Part shown: piece after piece, positions 26,076 through 35,404 of the stretch
Layout of the letters: the number at the start of each line of letters is the position of its first letter
Numbering within the stretch: position 1 is the first letter of the stretch
NCBI GenBank assembly: GCA_900755035.1
Contig: CAAEEZ010000017.1
Location: 260,887-324,886 of the forward strand
DNA from: Clostridia bacterium
Lineage (GTDB): Bacteria > Bacillota > Clostridia > Christensenellales > CAAEEZ01
Length of the DNA: 64,000 nucleotides
Direction: 5' to 3'
Notes under the pieces: model-generated
Database searches by the model: none
What the model was told of the DNA's origin: nothing
The model's input: only the letters and a program-made list of their open reading frames with translations
Made by a program: the position numbers and the translations under genes

Positions 26076-27227
26076 ATGGAAATATTAAAGTTAAATAAAA
26101 TAAGCGACCTAGTAAACGAAATCTTTGACGAAAAGTACAGCCTAGTAGACGAAGCAAAGTCCCCTACCGCAGTACTTGTTAGAAGTTTTGATATGAAAAA
26201 CGGATACGAACTACCTACTAGCGTGCTAGCAGTAGGCAGAGCCGGTGCAGGCGTAAATAATATCCCTTGCGACGAGTACGCTAAAAAAGGCGTAGTAGTA
26301 TTCAATACCCCGGGCGCTAACGCAAACGCAGTAAAAGAACTTGTAGTATGCGCATTGCTACTTGCTTCTCGTGATATAGTAGGTGGCTACGCTTACGCTC
26401 AATCGTTAAAAGGTGAAAGCGAGGCTAGTAAACTAGTAGAAAAAAACAAGAGCAAATTCGGTGGCACTGAAATACTAGGCAAAACCATAGGCATAATAGG
26501 TCTTGGCGCAATCGGCAGAAAGGTTGCAGAGGCTTGCATTTCTCTTGGTATGAAAGTAGTAGGCTACGACCCGTACCTTACCGAGCAAGTAAAAAAAATG
26601 TTGCCTAACGGCGTTGAGACGGTAGACAACGTAAGCGACCTATACCCTGTATCCGATTTTATTACTTTGCATATACCTTACGGGGCTAATACCAAAGGCT
26701 TTATTGGAAAAGATGCGTTTATGCGCATGAAAAACGGCGTAAAACTACTTAACTTTGCTAGGGGCGAACTTGTAGATAATACTGCCCTATTTGAAGCAAT
26801 AGAAGAAAAGAAGGTGGCTAAATACGTTACCGACTTCGTATCGCCAGAAGTAATTGACAAAAAAGAAATAATCACTTTGCCACACCTTGGCGCATCTACA
26901 TTAGAGGCTGAGGACAACTGCGCTATTATGGCAAGCAACCAACTTAAAGACTATATCGAAAACGGCAATATTAAAAACAGCGTAAACTTCCCTAACCTAT
27001 CGCTTGATAGAAATGGAAAAAATCGTATAACGGTAGGTTTCGTTGCTACCGATAATAAACTAAACGAGATTACTTGCCAAGTAAACGACCTTGTAAAAGT
27101 AAACTCCACCACTTCGTCCGTAAGGGGTGAAATCGGTTACGCTATATTCGATACCGACGACGACGCAACTGCCGTCATAGAGAAACTTGCAAGCATAGAA
27201 AACGTTACGAAAGTAAGACTAATCTAA
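26076..27227 (+). CDS. serA: D-3-phosphoglycerate dehydrogenase (with C-terminal ACT-like domain)
   Basis: GLGAIGRKVA is the NAD fold, and a 2-hydroxyacid dehydrogenase signature (ARGELVD, HLGAST) is present. It is adjacent to serC. Confidence 0.88.
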   Translation: MEILKLNKISDLVNEIFDEKYSLVDEAKSPTAVLVRSFDMKNGYELPTSVLAVGRAGAGVNNIPCDEYAKKGVVVFNTPGANANAVKELVVCALLLASRDIVGGYAYAQSLKGESEASKLVEKNKSKFGGTEILGKTIGIIGLGAIGRKVAEACISLGMKVVGYDPYLTEQVKKMLPNGVETVDNVSDLYPVSDFITLHIPYGANTKGFIGKDAFMRMKNGVKLLNFARGELVDNTALFEAIEEKKVAKYVTDFVSPEVIDKKEIITLPHLGASTLEAEDNCAIMASNQLKDYIENGNIKNSVNFPNLSLDRNGKNRITVGFVATDNKLNEITCQVNDLVKVNSTTSSVRGEIGYAIFDTDDDATAVIEKLASIENVTKVRLI

Positions 27228-27259
27228 TTAGTAAGATTAAAAAGTAATATTTACTTATT

Positions 27260-27292
27260 AAAAAAGACCTTCGATTGAAGGTCTTTTATTTT
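27260..27292. terminator. bidirectional terminator
   Basis: The stem is agaccttc / gaaggtct with loop gatt, flanked by A5 and TTTTATTTT. Confidence 0.8.
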
Positions 27293-27315
27293 GCAAACTA
27301 TTTATTAAAATTATC

Positions 27316-28239
27316 TTAGTACAACTCTTCTCTTGGGCTGATAATATTATTATGGTCGATATAATATCTTTTGTTATTAACCTTGTAGTAACATACCAAT
27401 TCGATAATTCTAAGCATTACTATTACCGCAACTACGATAACGGGCACTAATATAAAGAAGGTTGCCATACCTAATAGTACGGTTGCTGCCATCGCAAACA
27501 AATACAATATTATAGACGAGAAAAATCCGTACTTAAAGTATTTTGGGAAAGATTTGATACTATCAACTAGCGCCGTCAAAACCTTTTTCTTTTCCACTAC
27601 AATACCTGGCACCCAAGTAATAAACAACGTGTACTTAAACGACAAGAATAGCAAAAGCACGAAAATACTTACCGTAAAGGCAAATATACCCCAATTTCTA
27701 ACGGTTGCCATTATCATATAATAGGTCATAAAGCCAAGCGCCGTGTTTAATATTTGGTTTATAATCGTTGCGAAAAACGCATATTTTATACTTGCCCAAA
27801 AGTTTTCGGCTATATCGTTAGCAAACTTCGTATGCACGCTAGAACTCATATACTTGTTTACGGACGAAGCAATAGGAACGGAAGTCATACTAGTTAGCAA
27901 TCTGTACATGAACATAACTATGGACGTCAAAATATAAAATACAAGCATTTCGTTACGATACGTACCGATTATTCCAATAAGCGATTGATAGCACGCCGAC
28001 AACGTATCCATACCCGTTGCGTAATCAATTTGTTGCAAGAACATTTGCATCAAAGTGCTTGTCGTAGTAGTAACTAAACCTGCATTTTCGATATCTTGAA
28101 GAAGTGGGTCCATAGCGGGCGTCATAATACTTACCATTACGCCAACGCCTACTGCCGAAACAAGCAGTACGTATATCATAGTCTTAAATATTAAGGTGTA
28201 TCTTGATAGCAAAATATTAAACGAGTGTTTAAGTTCCAT
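27316..28239 (-). CDS. unknown polytopic membrane protein (307 aa)
   Basis: GGGAGG RBS lies inside the end of the upstream gene. About 6 TM helices. No family recognised. Confidence 0.65.
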   Translation of the reverse strand: MELKHSFNILLSRYTLIFKTMIYVLLVSAVGVGVMVSIMTPAMDPLLQDIENAGLVTTTTSTLMQMFLQQIDYATGMDTLSACYQSLIGIIGTYRNEMLVFYILTSIVMFMYRLLTSMTSVPIASSVNKYMSSSVHTKFANDIAENFWASIKYAFFATIINQILNTALGFMTYYMIMATVRNWGIFAFTVSIFVLLLFLSFKYTLFITWVPGIVVEKKKVLTALVDSIKSFPKYFKYGFFSSIILYLFAMAATVLLGMATFFILVPVIVVAVIVMLRIIELVCYYKVNNKRYYIDHNNIISPREELY

Positions 28240-28241
28240 AC

Positions 28242-29069
28242 CTACCTCCCTATATTTTTAGACCATATAATACTTTTTAGGTCCTCTCTCTCTATCGAAT
28301 TTAAGTCGTAATACAACGTATTCATAGTTACGACTAATAGTATTGCAAAGAATACGAAGCACAGTACGTCGAACACTATGGCCAAATTCCAATTAAAGTA
28401 GCAATTTAGTACCATTAACAAGAAATATGGAACAAGTGGAATAACTAAGGTGTTTAGCGTTTTCATAAAGTGTGGCGCAATTTGTTTCACAGCCATTACG
28501 AACGCTCTATTATCACTTGCTCCCGTGTGCAACATAGTAGGAAGCCACAATATCGTCAATACTATTACGCATAGATAAATAAACGCTAAAATAAATATGC
28601 ATATTGCCGACAAAGTCCATCCAAGTGCAACGTTGCTCATACTAACTTTGTAAAAAGCAAATGTAAGTAACGATGCTAGTAATACCATGATATGCCCTGC
28701 AATAGCCAAAACTAATACGTATTTAGCACAAGCAATAAAGTTGTAATCAAGTTTTCTTACCACGTTACGAATACTAAATTCGCCCATACGCATATGACTA
28801 TCCACCGTTGCGTACAATAAACTCATACCAAGCGCAAGCCCAATAAGAGCAACCGGCTGAATATACAGCCACAAAGGAGTTCTGCCTAACACGGTTACGT
28901 ACACGTCGACAAAACCTGTAAATTGATATCTATTATAATTAACAATAATCTCAATTAGCCCCGATCCCGTAATGCAAAAACCTGCTAAAATTGCAGGTAA
29001 GCCCACTATCAAGATGAGGTAAATAAGTTTGTTGTTAAAATATTTGAATATAGATTTTAGAAAATTCAT
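28242..29069 (-). CDS. unknown polytopic membrane protein (about 275 aa)
   Basis: GAGGA lies 5 nt before ATG 29069; ATG 29075 abuts the SD. About 6-7 TM helices. No family recognised. Confidence 0.65.
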   Translation of the reverse strand: MNFLKSIFKYFNNKLIYLILIVGLPAILAGFCITGSGLIEIIVNYNRYQFTGFVDVYVTVLGRTPLWLYIQPVALIGLALGMSLLYATVDSHMRMGEFSIRNVVRKLDYNFIACAKYVLVLAIAGHIMVLLASLLTFAFYKVSMSNVALGWTLSAICIFILAFIYLCVIVLTILWLPTMLHTGASDNRAFVMAVKQIAPHFMKTLNTLVIPLVPYFLLMVLNCYFNWNLAIVFDVLCFVFFAILLVVTMNTLYYDLNSIEREDLKSIIWSKNIGR

Positions 29070-29115
29070 ATCCATCCTCGTTGATTTATTATTAGTTTTA
29101 TTATAATATAATTAT

Positions 29116-30015
29116 ATGATTAAAGCAAGTTATTTAGAAAAATTAGAAAAATGTAATTTGTGCCCAAATAACTGCTCTGTAAATAGATTTTCTTCGGTTG
29201 GTAGGTGCAAAATCGGTGCAAATATTACCGTTGCAAAAGCATATTTGCACACGTGGGAAGAGCCTGTAATTAGTGGTAAAAACGGCTCGGGAACTATTTT
29301 CTTTTCGGGGTGCTCGCTAGGGTGCGTATTTTGTCAAAACTATAAAATAAGTAGCGATAATTTTGGCAAGGAGATTACACCTAGCCGTCTTGCCGATATT
29401 TTCAAATCGCTTGAAGAAAAAGGCGCTGAAAATATTAATCTAGTTACCCCTACCCCGCACGTTTACGGCATAATAGACGCCCTTAATATTTATAGACCAA
29501 ATATCCCTATCGTATACAATAGTAGTGGGTACGAAAGCGTAGAAACGCTAAAACTTTTAGACGGCTACGTCGACGTCTACCTTCCCGATTTTAAGTATTA
29601 CGATAACGACCTAGCGTATAAATTTTCAAACGTACGTAATTACCGAGAAATTACCGTAAACGCTATTGACGAAATGCTACGCCAAACGGGTAAGCCAAAA
29701 ATAGAAAACGGACTAATAAAAAAGGGCGTAATTATTAGGCATTTAGTTTTGCCGTCGCACACGTCGGACAGTATTAAGGTAATGGACGAAATATTGGCTA
29801 GATACTCCTCTAACGTTCTAGTTAGTTTAATGGGACAATACACACCCGTTAGGCATAACGATAAGTACGCTGAATTAAACCGAAAAGTAACGCCACTCGA
29901 ATACAAACGAGTTTTACGCTATATGCAAAACGTGGGGCTAACTAACGGCTTTTGTCAAGAACTAGATTCTTCCGCCACCACGTATATTCCTTCCTTTGAT
30001 CTTGAAGGCGTATAA
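29116..30015 (+). CDS. radical SAM protein, PflX-like (COG1313-type activase homologue)
   Basis: It has the CSLGCVFCQN CX3CX2C motif plus an N-terminal Cys cluster CNLCPNNC. 299 aa. Confidence 0.8.
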   Translation: MIKASYLEKLEKCNLCPNNCSVNRFSSVGRCKIGANITVAKAYLHTWEEPVISGKNGSGTIFFSGCSLGCVFCQNYKISSDNFGKEITPSRLADIFKSLEEKGAENINLVTPTPHVYGIIDALNIYRPNIPIVYNSSGYESVETLKLLDGYVDVYLPDFKYYDNDLAYKFSNVRNYREITVNAIDEMLRQTGKPKIENGLIKKGVIIRHLVLPSHTSDSIKVMDEILARYSSNVLVSLMGQYTPVRHNDKYAELNRKVTPLEYKRVLRYMQNVGLTNGFCQELDSSATTYIPSFDLEGV

Positions 30016-30044
30016 AGATATTGCTATTCATTATATTTTTCAAA

Positions 30045-30076
30045 ACAAAAAAAGGAACTATCGCTAGTTCCTTTTA
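30045..30076. terminator. bidirectional terminator
   Basis: The stem is aggaacta / tagttcct with loop tcgc, flanked by an A-run and a T-run. Confidence 0.75.
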
Positions 30077-30094
30077 TAATACCGTTTAATGCTA

Positions 30095-31069
30095 TTATTG
30101 TTTTTGGAATTTACCATCCATCTTTTGTACTAAGTAAGGCAATCCTGCATTTTCAGCAAGAGTCTTAATGGCTTTTAACGCCTCTTCTTTGGTATCGAAT
30201 CTCTTAGTAGCTCTCTTGTTGGTGTTCTTCTTAATTACCCAATCTTTTGCCTCTTTGTCGTATACCAATATGTACATTTCTCTTGCTTTCTTAGGTTGTT
30301 CCTTTGCCTCTTCTTCTTTTACGGCTCTGGTTGCCCTTCTTCTTGGTTTTCTTTCGGTAGGCACTTTTTCTTCGTCAGCAGGTTTTTGGCTAGTAATAGG
30401 CGCTTTTTTAGCTTGTTTAGCACGTTTAACAGGTCTGCCTTCTTCCTTTTCGATAGGCTCTTCGTCGGTAGTAGCAAGTATAGGAGCAATTTCTTCCGTT
30501 TCCTCAGTTGGCTCTTCTATAACCTCTTCAACGATTTCTTCTGCTGGCTCTTCTACGCTAAGTTCCTCAACGACAGGCTCTTCTTCTACAACGACGTCGC
30601 TAACAGGCTCTGCTACTTCTTCAACAGGTTCTTCTACTTCCTCAACGGTTTCCTCAACCACTTCTTCTGCTGGCTCAACAACCTCTTCAACCACTTCGGC
30701 AGGTTCTTCGATAGGCTCTGCTACTTCTTCAACAGGTTCTTCTACTTCCTCAACGGTTTCCTCAACTGCTTCTTCGGTAGGCTCAGCCACTTCTTCTACT
30801 ACTTCTTCGATAGGCTCTTCTGCTACGACAGCAGGAGCAACTTCTACCTCTGGTTCAGCAACTTCCTCAACGGTTTCTTCTTTAATTTCTTCGGCTGGCT
30901 CTTCTACGCTTAACTCTTCGCTAGCAGTCTCGGTTACAGCCTCAGCGTCTTTATTTGCATTTTCTTTTGCTGCTTTTTTCAATTTTACGGATACTCTGAT
31001 TATTTCAGCAATTAGACCAACTAGGATAACTGCTAAAACCGATATCACTACAATAAACGGAATACTCAT
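30095..31069 (-). CDS. membrane-anchored polyacidic repeat protein with C-terminal DUF2188-like domain
   Basis: It has an N-terminal TM helix, about 200 aa of E/V/P repeats, a basic K/R/P linker, and a C-terminal block (YILVYDKEAKDWVIKK..RATKRFDTKEEALKAIKTLAEN) that fits the DUF2188 pattern. Confidence 0.7.
   Translation of the reverse strand: MSIPFIVVISVLAVILVGLIAEIIRVSVKLKKAAKENANKDAEAVTETASEELSVEEPAEEIKEETVEEVAEPEVEVAPAVVAEEPIEEVVEEVAEPTEEAVEETVEEVEEPVEEVAEPIEEPAEVVEEVVEPAEEVVEETVEEVEEPVEEVAEPVSDVVVEEEPVVEELSVEEPAEEIVEEVIEEPTEETEEIAPILATTDEEPIEKEEGRPVKRAKQAKKAPITSQKPADEEKVPTERKPRRRATRAVKEEEAKEQPKKAREMYILVYDKEAKDWVIKKNTNKRATKRFDTKEEALKAIKTLAENAGLPYLVQKMDGKFQKQ
30605..30766. repeat. perfect 54-nt direct repeat, 108-nt period
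   Basis: Bases 30605-30658 are identical to 30713-30766. Each copy encodes EETVEEVEEPVEEVAEP on the minus strand. Confidence 0.9.
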
Positions 31070-31318
31070 TTCACACCTCTAAAATTTTTAATATGAATAT
31101 AAATTTCTTACATAGTATTTTAGCACACTTTATGATAATTTGACAACAAAAAAAACTAGCTATTGCCATTTTATTCAAATATTTAAGGTTAAAATTAAAA
31201 ATATAGAAAAAATATTAAAAAAAACGCCGTTTTACTTGCAACTTGATAGTTTTGTAATGTAATATAAATAAGGGTCGTTCGTTACCCCAAAAAATATAAG
31301 GATTTTTGGAGGTAACTA

Positions 31319-32857
31319 ATGAAGAAGTCAAACAAGAAATTTTTGGGCTACGAACCAAAAGATTTTGTTCTTGCGTTCCAACACGTTTTTGCTATGCTTG
31401 GCGCAACTATTTTAGTTCCTATACTTGCAAATATGAGTATTCCTATTGCTCTACTTTGCGCAGGTGTTGGAACTCTTATTTTTTATAAAATCACAAAAAA
31501 GAAAGTTCCCGTATTTTTGGGTTCTAGTTTTGCATTTTTAAGCGCACTGCAAGCACATATGCCATCTAAGGAAGTTGCTCAAATTGGCTCACCCGTATGG
31601 AATTACGCTATGGCAGAACTTAGCATTGCAGTTATCCTTACCGGCTTAGTTTACGTAGTATTGTCGTTTATAGTTAAAATGGCTGGCACAAACTTTATCA
31701 AAAAACTATTCCCACCTGTAGTAGTAGGTCCGGTTATTATAGTTATCGGTATGTGCCTTGCCCCTACTGCTATCAAAAACTTAGACGCATACAACGCTAT
31801 GGCAAACCCTAATAACGTACAAATTGCAGGCTACATAGTTTCTGGCTTACTTACTGCTAGTACTATCGTACTCGTATCGGTATTTGCTAAGGGATTTTTC
31901 AAAATAGTACCTATTTTGTCGGGCATAATTGTAGGCTACATTACGGCAGCTTGTTTCCAAATTATAGACTTTTCAGCGCTAACAAATAACGAATGGATAT
32001 TGTTCCAACCAGACGTATTTATGAAATCTTTCGGTTGGTACGCTAGCCTAGGGCAAATTTGGACACCACACCTTGGACAAGTTATCCTTATGTTTGTGCC
32101 TATTGCAATAGTTACCTTTATGGAACACCTTGGCGACATCAACGCAAGTAGCGTAGTTTGCGGGAAAGACTTTATCAAAGACCCTGGCGTACACAGAACG
32201 TTACTTGGCGACGGTCTTGCTACCGTTGCAGCAGGTTTCTTAGGCGGACCTTGCAACACCACTTACGGTGAAAACACCGCCGTACTATCGATTACCAAAA
32301 ACTACAATCCAAGAGTGCTTGCTCTTGCCGCAGTATTCTCGATTATACTAAGTATATTTACGAAATTCGGTTCACTACTTGGCACTATTCCTGCCCCTGT
32401 AATCGGTGGCGCATCGCTAGTTTTATACGGTATGATTGCCGCTAACGGACTAAAAACTATGGTAGAAGCAAAAGTAGATTTTTCGGACTCGAAAAATATG
32501 ATCGTGTGCTCTATTATCCTAGTAGTTGGTATCGGTATGAGCGCAGCAGGCTACACGTTGAATATAAGCATCATTAAATTCTCTGCTCTTGCAGTTGCTA
32601 CCTTCGTTGGTATTATGCTAAACGCATTGTTTATGCTAAGAAAAGAAAAACAACCTTCGGGCTTAACGGCTACCTACTCCGGCGACCTAGACCCAAGCGC
32701 TGCTATTGAAGAAATGGAGGCTGAACAAGCCGTTACCGAACTACAAGAAGAAATTGAGAAAGCCGAAATTAAAAAAGAAAAAACCGAAGACGCCGAAGCA
32801 GAAGAAATCGACGAAAAAGAAAATCTAGTTAAAGACGACGAAAGCGAAAGCAAATAA
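31319..32857 (+). CDS. pyrP: uracil/xanthine (NCS2) permease with acidic C-terminal tail
   Basis: It has about 12-14 TM helices and an NCS2-like sequence, and upp lies immediately downstream. The tail is EEMEAEQAVTELQEEIEKAE... Confidence 0.8.
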   Translation: MKKSNKKFLGYEPKDFVLAFQHVFAMLGATILVPILANMSIPIALLCAGVGTLIFYKITKKKVPVFLGSSFAFLSALQAHMPSKEVAQIGSPVWNYAMAELSIAVILTGLVYVVLSFIVKMAGTNFIKKLFPPVVVGPVIIVIGMCLAPTAIKNLDAYNAMANPNNVQIAGYIVSGLLTASTIVLVSVFAKGFFKIVPILSGIIVGYITAACFQIIDFSALTNNEWILFQPDVFMKSFGWYASLGQIWTPHLGQVILMFVPIAIVTFMEHLGDINASSVVCGKDFIKDPGVHRTLLGDGLATVAAGFLGGPCNTTYGENTAVLSITKNYNPRVLALAAVFSIILSIFTKFGSLLGTIPAPVIGGASLVLYGMIAANGLKTMVEAKVDFSDSKNMIVCSIILVVGIGMSAAGYTLNISIIKFSALAVATFVGIMLNALFMLRKEKQPSGLTATYSGDLDPSAAIEEMEAEQAVTELQEEIEKAEIKKEKTEDAEAEEIDEKENLVKDDESESK

Positions 32858-32877
32858 TTATATGACGAGGTGATAAA

Positions 32878-33507
32878 ATGAACAAAAACGTAACGATATT
32901 CGACCATCCTCTAATCACACACAAAATCTCTTTATTAAGAGACGAGAGAACTTGCCAAAAGGAATTTAGAGAATTAGTAGAAGAAATAGCAATGCTAATG
33001 GGATACGAGGCATTGAGGGGCTTAAAAACGAAGGACGTAGAAATCAAAACCCCTATTTGTACCACCGTTAAACCCGTAATCGCCGATAAAATTACCATCG
33101 TGCCTATCCTAAGAGCTGGTCTTGGAATGGTAAACGGTATACAAGCGTTACTTCCAACGGCAAAGGTTGGACACATAGGTATGTACCGTGACGAAGATAC
33201 CTTAGAGCCAAAGGAATACTATTGCAAATTGCCAAAAGACGTAACCGAAACGGAAGTATTTTTGCTAGACCCAATGCTAGCAACGGGTGGAAGCGCAAGC
33301 GCAGCCGTTCAATACCTTAAAAATCTAGGTTGCAAACACATAAGCTTAATGAGTATAGTAGGTGCGCCCGTTGGCATAGATAAAATCAGCGGCGACCACC
33401 CTGACGTAAACGTATACGTAGGTTGCTGTGACGAAAAACTAAATGAAAACGGCTATATCGTACCGGGTCTTGGCGATGCAGGCGACAGATTGTTCGGCAC
33501 GAAATAA
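32878..33507 (+). CDS. upp: uracil phosphoribosyltransferase
   Basis: It is 209 aa with the PRPP motif [11 protein letters not shown] and a C-terminal [12 protein letters not shown]. Confidence 0.95.
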   Translation: MNKNVTIFDHPLITHKISLLRDERTCQKEFRELVEEIAMLMGYEALRGLKTKDVEIKTPICTTVKPVIADKITIVPILRAGLGMVNGIQALLPTAKVGHIGMYRDEDTLEPKEYYCKLPKDVTETEVFLLDPMLATGGSASAAVQYLKNLGCKHISLMSIVGAPVGIDKISGDHPDVNVYVGCCDEKLNENGYIVPGLGDAGDRLFGTK

Positions 33508-33535
33508 CAAGCATTACAAAATTTTACAAAACGCA

Positions 33536-33562
33536 AAAACGCTCGTTATCGGGCGTTTTTTT
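33536..33562 (+). terminator. rho-independent terminator
   Basis: The stem is acgctcg / cgggcgt (one G-U) with loop ttat, followed by T7. Confidence 0.75.
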
Positions 33563-33617
33563 GATTAAAAAATAACCACTAGAACCATAATTATTAGTGG
33601 GGACGGTAGAATATTTA

Positions 33618-33646
33618 TTGACTTATATATATTAGTTTGTTATACT
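33618..33646 (+). promoter_or_regulatory. aspS promoter: TTGACT-17 nt-TGtTATACT
   Basis: The -35 lies at 33618-33623 and the extended -10 at 33638-33646. That leaves about 25 nt of 5' UTR containing AGGAGA. Confidence 0.6.
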
Positions 33647-33676
33647 AATAGTTAGCATAAATTAGGAGAAATCGTA

Positions 33677-35011
33677 ATGAAACAAGTAAACATAATTACT
33701 GATAAAGCAATATCCGACGTAGACAAAATTCTTAGCCTAATAAAAGAAGGCAAACAAGAAGAAGTTACGTTAAAAGGCTTCGTTCATAAAATTAGAACGA
33801 TGAGCGAATTTTCTTTCGTTATTATTAGAACTGACCGTGAAATCGTTCAAACCGTATTAAATAAAGGTACAAACGACAATTTTGGCGACCTTACCGAAGG
33901 CGCTACAGTTAAAATTACGGGTAATTACAAAGTAGACGAGCGCGCTCCACTTGGCTTTGAAATTCAAATCACCAACCTAGAAGTGCTATCTACCCCGCAC
34001 GACCAAATGCCGTTAAAAATCAACAAAAGAAATTTTGACGCTACCCTAAACGTTAAACTTGATATGCGCCCTATCTCACTACGTAACCCTAAGGACAGAG
34101 CCGTATTCAAAATTCAAGAAGGTATCGTAAGAGGTTTTAGAGAGTTTTTATTGTCGCAAAACTTCACTGATATTCGCTCCCCTAAAATCGTTTGCGAAGG
34201 TGCCGAAGGTGGCGCAAATATGTTCGAACTAGACTACTTTGGAAAGCCTGCATATCTTGCGCAAAGCCCACAATTCTACAAACAAATGATGGTAGGCGTA
34301 TTTGGTAGAGTTTTTGAAACGGGTGGCGTATATAGGGCTGAAAAGCACGACACTTCTAGGCATATAAACGAGTTTACGGGTCTTGACTTTGAAATGGGCT
34401 TTATAGATAGTTTTGAGGATATTATGGCAATGGAGGCAAGTATGCTACGCTACGTATTCGACCTACTAAACAGAGAGTACGCAAAAGAACTTGCAATGTT
34501 TAACGTAACCTTACCGCAATTTGATACTATCCCAACCATTACCTTTAAGGAAGGCAAAGAAATAACTACTCGCCTATCAAAAAAGAAAATTACCGACTTT
34601 AACGACTTTGACGCCGACGAAGAAAAGATTATCGGCGACTATATTAAAGAAACTACGGGATCTGACCTTGTATTCGTTACTCATTATCCGTCTAAAAAGC
34701 GTCCTTTCTACGCTATGGACGACCCAACCGACCCAACCGTTACCCTAAGTTTTGACCTACTATTAAACGGCGCAGAGATAACTACGGGCGGTCAAAGAAT
34801 ACACGAGTACGATATGCAAGTACAAAAAATGCTAGATAGAAAAATGGATCCTGAAAGATTTAGCGACTATCTAATGATACACAAATACGGAATGCCACCT
34901 CACGGCGGACTTGGAATAGGACTTGAAAGACTAACCTACAAACTACTAAAACTAAGCAACATAAGAGAGGCTACCCTATTCCCAAGAGATATCAATAGAC
35001 TTACTCCGTAA
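33677..35011 (+). CDS. aspS: aspartate--tRNA ligase, archaeal/type-2 form (possibly non-discriminating)
   Basis: Class II motif 2 is FRAEKHDTSRHINEF and motif 3 is GGLGIGLERL. It is 444 aa with an OB-fold N-terminus. Confidence 0.85.
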   Translation: MKQVNIITDKAISDVDKILSLIKEGKQEEVTLKGFVHKIRTMSEFSFVIIRTDREIVQTVLNKGTNDNFGDLTEGATVKITGNYKVDERAPLGFEIQITNLEVLSTPHDQMPLKINKRNFDATLNVKLDMRPISLRNPKDRAVFKIQEGIVRGFREFLLSQNFTDIRSPKIVCEGAEGGANMFELDYFGKPAYLAQSPQFYKQMMVGVFGRVFETGGVYRAEKHDTSRHINEFTGLDFEMGFIDSFEDIMAMEASMLRYVFDLLNREYAKELAMFNVTLPQFDTIPTITFKEGKEITTRLSKKKITDFNDFDADEEKIIGDYIKETTGSDLVFVTHYPSKKRPFYAMDDPTDPTVTLSFDLLLNGAEITTGGQRIHEYDMQVQKMLDRKMDPERFSDYLMIHKYGMPPHGGLGIGLERLTYKLLKLSNIREATLFPRDINRLTP

Positions 35012-35037
35012 TATTTATAAAAATAACTATAAGCAAA

Positions 35038-35062
35038 AGCAACCCAAACGGGTTGTTTTTTT
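35038..35062 (+). terminator. rho-independent terminator
   Basis: The stem is caaccc / gggttg with loop aaac, followed by T7. Confidence 0.8.
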
Positions 35063-35374
35063 GTATCGTTTTTTATTATTCGTTATCTTGCTTTTTATTA
35101 ACTTGCTACAAGTCTACGTCCGTTGCTCATTTTTTCAAGATAAACTCATATAAAGCATAGTAGACGTTTTTATATGCTAATAATTATCTCCTTTTCTCGC
35201 GCTATGTCCAAATTAGATAAATACGCCTTCTTCTCGTATAAATTAAAGTAGTACAAAACGCCATTCATAACAAGGCAAGTATATAGGCATAAAACGCCGT
35301 TTTAACACAAAAACTCATATTGTGTTAAAAGTTATAGATAAGAGTAGCGTATACCCGTTACAAGCAAAATATAA

Positions 35375-35401
35375 AAGAAAAAAGGCATCTAGTGATGCCT
35401 T
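35375..35401 (-). terminator. rho-independent terminator of the giant gene
   Basis: The stem is aaggcatc / gatgcctt with loop tagt, followed by a T-run on the minus strand. It lies 3 nt after the TGA. Confidence 0.8.
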
Positions 35402-35404
35402 TAA

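Noticed and set aside
30168-31082. Plus-strand ORFs of 304 and 205 aa (S/T-rich and F-rich) overlapping the polyacidic gene.
   Set aside because: They are the antisense reading of GAA/GTT-rich repeats. They have no SD, and the minus-strand frame has a TM helix, a recognisable C-terminal domain and a terminator.
31070-31318. PyrR-binding attenuator or pyrimidine-responsive leader upstream of pyrP-upp.
   Set aside because: There is no ARUCCAGAGAGGCU-like PyrR box. The only hairpin (GGGU...ACCC, 31272-31288) is 4 bp and lacks a U-run.
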